DNA from: an uncultured Gemmatimonadales bacterium
Lineage (GTDB): Bacteria; Gemmatimonadota; Gemmatimonadetes; Gemmatimonadales; Gemmatimonadaceae
Assembly (NCBI GenBank): GCA_963793305.1
Contig: CAWBZV010000012.1
Span: forward strand, 1-64,000
Reading direction: 5' to 3'
DNA: 64,000 bases
The position numbers were made by a program, and so were the translations under genes. The notes beneath the pieces are model-generated. The model ran no database searches. It was not told the DNA's origin and saw only the letters and a list, made by a program, of their open reading frames with translations. Positions 57,875 to 64,000 of the stretch are shown piece by piece (position 1 is the stretch's first letter; each line of letters starts with the position of its first letter).

Positions 57875-59359
57875 TTACCCCGGCGGCAAGTATCTCCGCA
57901 GGAAATCTATCACGTGCTCCGCCGCCTGCTGGCTCTCGGCCGGCGTAAGGCCATTCGGCGAGCCGGGGTACACGTCCGTCTCGTGCGGGACGTTGTACTT
58001 GGTCAGCATCGCATCCAATCGCCGGGCTTCGGTGATGGGCACGAACGTGCTTGCTTCGCCGCCAACGATCAGCACCGGCGGTAGCTTGCCGGCGTTCGCG
58101 GGGTCGCGCACGCGATACACGCCGAAATAGTCGACGACCGCCTTGACGCGTTTGTCCACCTGCGCTCGATGGAGCGCGAGCGCCGCACCGACGTTGATGC
58201 CGACGAGTCCGATCTTCGTCGAGTCCACGCCGGGCGCCGTCTGGAGCTGCGTGATCGCGTCGCCGAGAGAGCGCATCCACTGGCCGAAGTCCGCGCGCTG
58301 GTCGCCGACATCCGCTACGATCGTCTTCGTGCGGTCGAAGTACTGCAGGATCTCGACGACGTACCCGTGTGCAGCCAGCTTCTTCGCGGCCTCCCGCAGC
58401 ACAGAGTCCTCGGCCGGCACACCGCCGGCGCCGTGCAGCAGGATCAGCGCCGGGTGTGGTCCGTGAGACTTGCTGAGTGCCTCGAAACGTTCCCAGCTGA
58501 CCGGCACGCTGTCACTGATCACAGTGCCCTTCTCGAATCCCGCCGGTTTCGGCGCCGCTGGCTTTGGCTCGACGGGCTTCGGCGGCTCGGCCTTCGGTGG
58601 CTCGGGCTTCTGTGCGACCACAACCATCGAGTCCACGGCCGCCCGCGCGGCGGGCGCCGCACCCCAAATAGAGTCGGGATTGTCCGAGACAAAAACCCGA
58701 GCCTCGAGCATCCACCCGAACACCCTCGGCTTGAACACGCCGGCGACGGCGTCGCAGCCCGCTTGGGTATCGATCACGCTCTCAGGCCCGAAGACGGGCT
58801 TACCGTCCGCCCCCACCTCCGACCACCTCGCGGTGTCGTCCGGCTTGGGCACGCATAAATCCACGTGCTGGTGCCACTGCGCCACGCTCAATGGCACGCG
58901 CTGATCCAGCACCTCCTCAGTGCTCGCACCGGGAGCCATATACGTGGCGCCGAGCAGTCGATATCCGTTCCTGCCCCGACGATAGATGAGCGCCGCGGGC
59001 TTCGCGGGATTGAAACGGACGGCTTCCTCGATCGCATAGCGCCAATTGAACACGTGGACAATGGCCCTCGCCGTGGTATCGCCGTCATGGAGCTCCCGAT
59101 ACCCGTCGCGCGCCGCGAGGTCAGGCGTCGCGTACTTGCCGATCGCGTCGCGAATGGCGACCACCAGCTCGTCGGCGCGCAGCGAATCCACCGCGCTGGC
59201 GGGCCGCCGGTCGGTCGTGAGCAGGTGCGCGGTCTCGCCGCTAGCCATCGCCCGGACCGCCGCAACGACCGCCGGATTATCATGGTCGTCGATCGGCGCC
59301 GCGTCACCTGGCCGGCAAGCCGCGACTCCCACCATGAGGACCAGAACGTGGCGGCGCAT
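57875..59359 (-). CDS. Lipoprotein: uncharacterised N-terminal domain, Pro/Lys linker, degenerate dienelactone-hydrolase-like domain
   Basis: Lipobox VAAC; N domain RFNPAKPAALIY...GATY...WHQH; linker KPEPPKAEPPKP; alpha/beta-hydrolase PALILLHGAGG, LAAHGY, KIGLVG, PPVLI. Confidence 0.72.
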   Translation of the reverse strand: MRRHVLVLMVGVAACRPGDAAPIDDHDNPAVVAAVRAMASGETAHLLTTDRRPASAVDSLRADELVVAIRDAIGKYATPDLAARDGYRELHDGDTTARAIVHVFNWRYAIEEAVRFNPAKPAALIYRRGRNGYRLLGATYMAPGASTEEVLDQRVPLSVAQWHQHVDLCVPKPDDTARWSEVGADGKPVFGPESVIDTQAGCDAVAGVFKPRVFGWMLEARVFVSDNPDSIWGAAPAARAAVDSMVVVAQKPEPPKAEPPKPVEPKPAAPKPAGFEKGTVISDSVPVSWERFEALSKSHGPHPALILLHGAGGVPAEDSVLREAAKKLAAHGYVVEILQYFDRTKTIVADVGDQRADFGQWMRSLGDAITQLQTAPGVDSTKIGLVGINVGAALALHRAQVDKRVKAVVDYFGVYRVRDPANAGKLPPVLIVGGEASTFVPITEARRLDAMLTKYNVPHETDVYPGSPNGLTPAESQQAAEHVIDFLRRYLPPG

Positions 59360-59389
59360 ACCCTGTATACGCTACCCGGGTGGCTCAGG

Positions 59390-60598
59390 TCACAGGCGTG
59401 ACAGGCCCGCGACGGCGGCGATGAACCGGTCGACCTCCTCCGCGGTCGTGTAGCACGCGCAGCCGGCTCGAACCAGGCCTTCCGGGGCATGCCCGACCCG
59501 GGCGATCACCGTCGAGGCATAAAAATCCCCGCTCGACGCGAATATCGCCGACCCAGCCAGCCGCTCGGCCACCGTCCGCGGGAGCATATGACGGTAGGCG
59601 AAGGACAGCGTCGCGGTCCGGGGTCGCCCCGGAGGCGGCCCATAGAGCCTCACGCATGGAAGCGTCTCGAGCCCCCGCCAAAGCCTCGCGACTAGCGCTT
59701 GACCCTCGCGATCCAACCGAGTCATCGCGTCCACCAGCCGCTCCCGTCGTGTCGCCCCTGTCTCTCCGAGGGACGCGAGGAAGTCGATAGCGGCACGGGT
59801 GCCGACAATGCCCTCGTGGTTCAGGGTTCCGGTCTCGAGCCGCTCGGGTGCCTCGTTCGACGCCGGCTCGAGCTTAGGCACGTCGAGGTCTTGTAGCAGC
59901 TCCCTCCGTCCATAGAGCACACCGACATGTGGCCCGTAAAATTTGTAGGCCGAGCACGCCAGAAAATCGCAACCCCAAGCTTTGACGTCCATGACCGCGT
60001 GAGGCGCATAGTGGACCGCGTCGACGAAGACGAGGGCCCCGGCGCTGCGGGCGAGCTTGGCGATCGCCGCCACGTCGTTGACGGTGCCGAGTGCATTCAA
60101 TGCCGCGCCGATGGCGACCAACCGCGTGCGCGGCGAAAGCAGTCGGCCAAACTCGGCCAGATCGAGCTCTCCGGTCGCGGGATCGAACGGAACGACGCGA
60201 ATCGTGATGCCGCGCTCGCGCTCGATGGCGCGCCAGGGGGCAACATTGCCCTGGTGATCGAGGTCCGTGACGATGACCTCATCGCCGGCTTTCCACCCGC
60301 GCCCGAGCGAGCGGGCAACGTGGAATGTGAGCGTGGTCATGTTCGCGCCGAACGCGACCTCGGAGGGCGATGCGTTGAGCAGGTCCGCCGCCGCCTCGCG
60401 CGCCGCATGAATCATCGCGTCAGTCTCTTCGCTCGACGGATAGGCCCAATCGGTGTTGGCGTTGTGATGGTACAGGTAGTCGGTCATGGCCTGACCGACC
60501 GCGAGCGGCGCCTGCGTGCCACCCGGGCCGTCGAAGTACGCGACCGGCCGACCATTGTGGCACCGCGCGAGCGCGGGGAATTGTTCTCGAATCGACAT
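59390..60598 (-). CDS. Cysteine desulfurase-like class V PLP enzyme
   Basis: Start MSIREQFPAL at 60598; YFDGPGGTQ, FGANMTTL, FVDAVHYAPH, CSAYKFYGPH, LETGT. Confidence 0.9.
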   Translation of the reverse strand: MSIREQFPALARCHNGRPVAYFDGPGGTQAPLAVGQAMTDYLYHHNANTDWAYPSSEETDAMIHAAREAAADLLNASPSEVAFGANMTTLTFHVARSLGRGWKAGDEVIVTDLDHQGNVAPWRAIERERGITIRVVPFDPATGELDLAEFGRLLSPRTRLVAIGAALNALGTVNDVAAIAKLARSAGALVFVDAVHYAPHAVMDVKAWGCDFLACSAYKFYGPHVGVLYGRRELLQDLDVPKLEPASNEAPERLETGTLNHEGIVGTRAAIDFLASLGETGATRRERLVDAMTRLDREGQALVARLWRGLETLPCVRLYGPPPGRPRTATLSFAYRHMLPRTVAERLAGSAIFASSGDFYASTVIARVGHAPEGLVRAGCACYTTAEEVDRFIAAVAGLSRL

Positions 60599-60612
60599 GA
60601 TAGGCAGGAGTA

Positions 60613-61818
60613 CTATGACCAGAAGCGCCACGCAACGGCGATGGTGACGAGCTGGGCGCCGATGACGAGGGCGACGCACCCGGGCCACCCGGCCCATCGC
60701 CACAGGAGGCCGGGCAGCTCTCCGCCGACGCTGCCGCCGAGGTAATAGAAGGCGACGTACAGCCCAGCCGCCGACGACCGGGTCGCGAGCGGCGCCGCGT
60801 GTTGGAGGTAGCTCGTCGACGAGGACTGGCAGACGAAGACCGCCGAGCTGCACACGGCGAGGCCAATCGCGACGAGCGCGAGATTGTGGGTCAGGGTCAG
60901 CGGCATGATGGCCGCCGAGATGAGCAATGCCCCGGTCAGCGTCCTTCTCGATCCGAATCGATCAATCCACTGTCCCGCGACGGGCGTCACGAACACGCCG
61001 ACGAGGTAGACGACAAAGATGCTGGACAGGAGCGCCGGACCGAGCGAGAAGGGTGGGTCGGCCAGGTAAAAGTTCACGTAGGTGAACGTCGCGACGAGCG
61101 AGAACAGCACACTGAATCCAACCGCATAGGTCGCGATCAATCGCCGATTCCGCAGGTGCGGCATAATGGCGAAGGGGGCGGCGTGCGGTGTGAAATGTCG
61201 CTCCGTGGGGAGCCACGCCCACGTGACCAGCGCACCGACGACGTTGAGGACGCCGAGGACGACAAATGCCATGCGCCAGTCGGCGACCGACGTGACCAGC
61301 CCGGCAATCACCCGCCCGGAAAATCCACCGAGGACATTCCCGGTCACGAGCGCCGCCATCGCTGCTCCGACACCGCGTCCCGCGAATTCCTCGGTCACGT
61401 ACGCGATCATGACGGCGAATACCGCGGGCATGACCAACCCTTGTAGAAACCGCCAGACGACGAGCGCGAACAGCGTGTGCGCGGTCGCCGCCAGCATCGT
61501 CGGAATGGCGAGCACGAACATCGCGGGCACGATGACGCGCTTCCGGCCGAGGCGATCGGCCGCGAGTCCGACGAACGGAGCGGCCAGCGCGACGGCCGCC
61601 GTCGACACGCTCACCGTGAGGCTGGCGCCGGCTTTGCTGACATTGAACTGATGTTCGAGGGTCGGTAGCAGCGGCTGTGTGGCGTAGAGATCCAGGAACG
61701 CGCACATGCCGCTGACCCCGACCGCGAGCCGCGCCGCTCCGCGGCGCGTCGATGCAGCGCTATCGCGCTGCTCGACTGGTCTGTTCGCCAAGAGATCTCC
61801 TTCGTCGATCTCTCTCAT
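60613..61818 (-). CDS. MFS transporter (YnfM-like)
   Basis: LYATQPLLP, ADRLGRKR, RFLQG, AYVTEEF, GGFSGR, GLYVAFYYLGGS. Confidence 0.9.
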   Translation of the reverse strand: MREIDEGDLLANRPVEQRDSAASTRRGAARLAVGVSGMCAFLDLYATQPLLPTLEHQFNVSKAGASLTVSVSTAAVALAAPFVGLAADRLGRKRVIVPAMFVLAIPTMLAATAHTLFALVVWRFLQGLVMPAVFAVMIAYVTEEFAGRGVGAAMAALVTGNVLGGFSGRVIAGLVTSVADWRMAFVVLGVLNVVGALVTWAWLPTERHFTPHAAPFAIMPHLRNRRLIATYAVGFSVLFSLVATFTYVNFYLADPPFSLGPALLSSIFVVYLVGVFVTPVAGQWIDRFGSRRTLTGALLISAAIMPLTLTHNLALVAIGLAVCSSAVFVCQSSSTSYLQHAAPLATRSSAAGLYVAFYYLGGSVGGELPGLLWRWAGWPGCVALVIGAQLVTIAVAWRFWS

Positions 61819-63202
61819 TCGGCGCGGACGGTCTCGACGAGGCGATCAATGTCGTCTGGAGTCGTCAGGTGATTCACGAAGCAGGCGCGGAGCCAGAATC
61901 GCCCGTCGAGGATGGTGCTGGACAAGAACGCCTGCCCGCCAAGCTGGATGGTCCGTAGGGCCACGCGATTTCTTTCGTCACTCCCCTTGAATCGAAAACA
62001 CACGATACTGAGTGACGTCGGCTCCCATACCTCGAGCTCCGGTCTCGCGCGAACCAACTCGGCCAGCCGCCCGGCCAGCGTGCAGTCGTGCGCGATCCGT
62101 TCTGCGTAGCCCTCGACGCCATGGTATCGCAGCGCCATCCACGTCTTGAGCGCGCGAAATCCTCTCGTCTGTTGGATACCGTACTCGCTGAGCCACGGCT
62201 CGTCGTCGGTGCGCAAATATGGCGGCACGAGGCTGAACGTATCGCGCATGAGGTTGGAATCTCGCACAATGACGAGCCCATTCTCGACGGGTACCGACAA
62301 CCACTTATGTGGGTCCACGGCGAGACTGTCAGCCCGATTGATGGCTCTCAGAGCCGTCGCGTACGCCTTCGTGAGCACCGCCGGCGCGCCGTACGCACCA
62401 TCGATATGCAGCCACACGCCGTGTCGCGCACAAATGTCCGCGATGTCATCAATCGGGTCGATGGCCCCAGTGTTGACGGTCCCGGCGCTCGCGATGACGG
62501 CCATAGGCTGGTGCCCGGCCACCAGATCCTCGCGAATCATCGCGTCGAGCGCATCGGGTCTCGCTCGCAAAGCCGCATCGGATGGCACGACCCGCATCGC
62601 CTTGCGACCCAGGCCAAGCAACTCGATCGCTTTCGTGTGGCACGAGTGTGCCTCGGCTGTCGCGTACACGCGAAGCGTGACGCGTCGGCAGCCCATCGGC
62701 GCGAACGTCATGTCCGATATGTTGGCAGGCGTGCAGGCGAGCAACCGCGAGCCCGGTGAGCGCGGCGACCGAGCTGCCGCTCACGAGCAACCCCATCGTG
62801 CCCGCTGGAAACCCCAGCATCTCGGCAAACCAGCGAACGACTTGTCGCTCGACGTAGACGGCGGCATGGTCCCCGCCGGCGACGCTGGGATTCATCGCGG
62901 CCGCGAGCGCGTCGGCGAAGATCCCGATCTCGGTGGGTGGAGAGTTCACCCAAGCCGAAGAAACGGGGATGCCCGTTGCCAAATGGGTACGGCGCAATGT
63001 CACGAGCGAACGCGTCGAGGATGTCGTCGCTCGATTGACAGGCGGTCGGCAGCGGCGCATGCTGCCAGGCCTCGACGAGCTCCCGCGGAACCGGTTTCCA
63101 TACGGGTCCGTCGCCGAGCTGCTCCAAATAGCGGGCAATGAGATCGACGACTTTAGCACCGACGCGGCGCACCTCGGCAGCCGACCAACCTTTACCGTTC
63201 AT
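61815..63202 (-). CDS. Group II PLP-dependent amino-acid decarboxylase (+1 frameshifts near 62952 and 62690)
   Basis: GHPRFFG-WVNSP, GLLVSGSS, EAHSCHTKA, SAGTVNTGAIDP, WLHIDGAYG, DPHKWL, TRGFRALK; three pieces join to ~461 aa. Confidence 0.88.
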
Positions 63203-63253
63203 GGCGAAAAAAAGCCTTGCATCCGGCCGTCTAAACGGCGACTCTGTGTAACA

Positions 63254-63907
63254 ATGGAGTCACAGCCAGTCCCCGCCACAGACGGCGCGGCGCCAGCCGC
63301 CGACGCTACCCCAGCCGCGCCGAATGAACAACCGCGCCCGCGCGTTCGCCGCACCGCGCGCACGCCGTCGTACGCGCTCGACCTGCTGATCGTGCGCCAC
63401 GGGCCGGCCGGCGACCGCGACGAGTGGGCAAAAACCGGACAGGACGACGACGAGCGCCCACTCACCTCGAGCGGCATCCGCGAGATGCGCCGTGCCGCGC
63501 GCGGGCTGCGGCAGCTCGTGGGCTCGGTTGACGCGATCGGTACGAGTCCGCTCGTGCGCGCGAGGGAGACCGCGGAGATCTTGGGTCGGGCGTTCAACGT
63601 CACGCCGGTCGAAGCGCCCGCGATCGGCGACGGCGACCGGCACGGCATTCTGCGTTGGGTACGCAGCGCCGCGGCGGTGCGCGCGAAAAAACGCCGTGGT
63701 GAGCGCATCACGATCGCCATCGTCGGGCACGAGCCGGACCTGAGTGCGTCGATCTGTTGGCTCCTGACGGGACGGCCCACGGAACCATGGACAGAGATGA
63801 AGAAAGGCGGGGGGTGCCTGCTCTCGTTCACCGGTCGCCCGAAACCGCGCCAGGCGCATCTGCGCTGGCTCCTGACTCGCTCGCAATTGGAACGTCTCGC
63901 ACGCTAA
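63254..63907 (+). CDS. sixA: Phosphohistidine phosphatase SixA-like (histidine phosphatase superfamily)
   Basis: LLIVRHG, DDERPLT, TSPLVRARETA, IVGHEPDL, MKKGG; start MESQP at 63254. Confidence 0.85.
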   Translation: MESQPVPATDGAAPAADATPAAPNEQPRPRVRRTARTPSYALDLLIVRHGPAGDRDEWAKTGQDDDERPLTSSGIREMRRAARGLRQLVGSVDAIGTSPLVRARETAEILGRAFNVTPVEAPAIGDGDRHGILRWVRSAAAVRAKKRRGERITIAIVGHEPDLSASICWLLTGRPTEPWTEMKKGGGCLLSFTGRPKPRQAHLRWLLTRSQLERLAR

Positions 63908-64000
63908 TGGAACTCCCGAAGGACTTTCTCGACCAACCCGTCGAGCGGGCCTCACGCATCGTCGCCCTCGATCTCCTGCGCGGCGTCGACGCGACTCGTC
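63907..64000 (+). CDS. 5' end of a gene truncated by the window edge (possibly CHAD-domain protein)
   Basis: TAATG overlap with the sixA stop; reads MELPKDFLDQPVERASRIVALDLLRGVDATR; product guessed only from the usual sixA-CHAD linkage. Confidence 0.45.
   Translation, partial: MELPKDFLDQPVERASRIVALDLLRGVDATR

Noticed and set aside
1..64000. Many long alternative-frame and antisense ORFs (e.g. 1439..2620 +, 5442..6686 +, 13188..14672 -, 22523..23968 -, 52665..53966 +)
   Set aside because: They overlap genes with clear family motifs, are Arg/Ala/Pro-rich and motif-less; typical shadow ORFs of high-GC DNA.
1..64000. CRISPR array, tRNA/rRNA, transposase, integrase or prophage genes
   Set aside because: No regularly spaced repeats, RNA-gene signatures or such protein motifs were recognised by eye; a covariance-model scan was not possible.

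Overview
High-GC bacterial chromosomal segment. Gene content (SusC/SusD pair, ADOP-type orphan permease, DUF5916, DUF4384, DUF1800) suggests Gemmatimonadota; this is an inference, with no marker gene present. In order: a Wzx/Wzy exopolysaccharide operon with an embedded Tat-exported GH10; GT-C and secreted or envelope proteins; a two-gene NitT/TauT ABC system; a PAS-GGDEF-EAL protein; ligD; gmhA; two tandem SusD-less SusC-like receptors; a regulatory locus; an ArnT-like GT; DUF5916; SusC/SusD; a ~1630-aa secreted RHS protein with no adjacent immunity gene; a five-gene PLP-enzyme/MFS/DinB operon; sixA. The best candidate for an undescribed system is at 33.6-40.9 kb. A 64-aa lipoprotein-type precursor carries the octapeptide GVMPGSGG twice, and the two copies differ only at synonymous positions. 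It lies between a convergent TPR protein and a divergent pseudo-receiver/AraC regulator operon, next to an orphan permease, which resembles RRNPP (Rap-Phr-like) peptide signalling in a diderm. Also seen: a REP-doublet/MITE-like element, several sigma-54 promoters, leaderless promoters and a hydrolase domain with a degenerate catalytic triad. Nine +1 frameshifts and recurrent CGA>CAA substitutions point to systematic long-read errors, so the split genes are probably intact. No rRNA, tRNA, CRISPR array or transposase was recognised. Family assignments come from motif recognition, not database searches.
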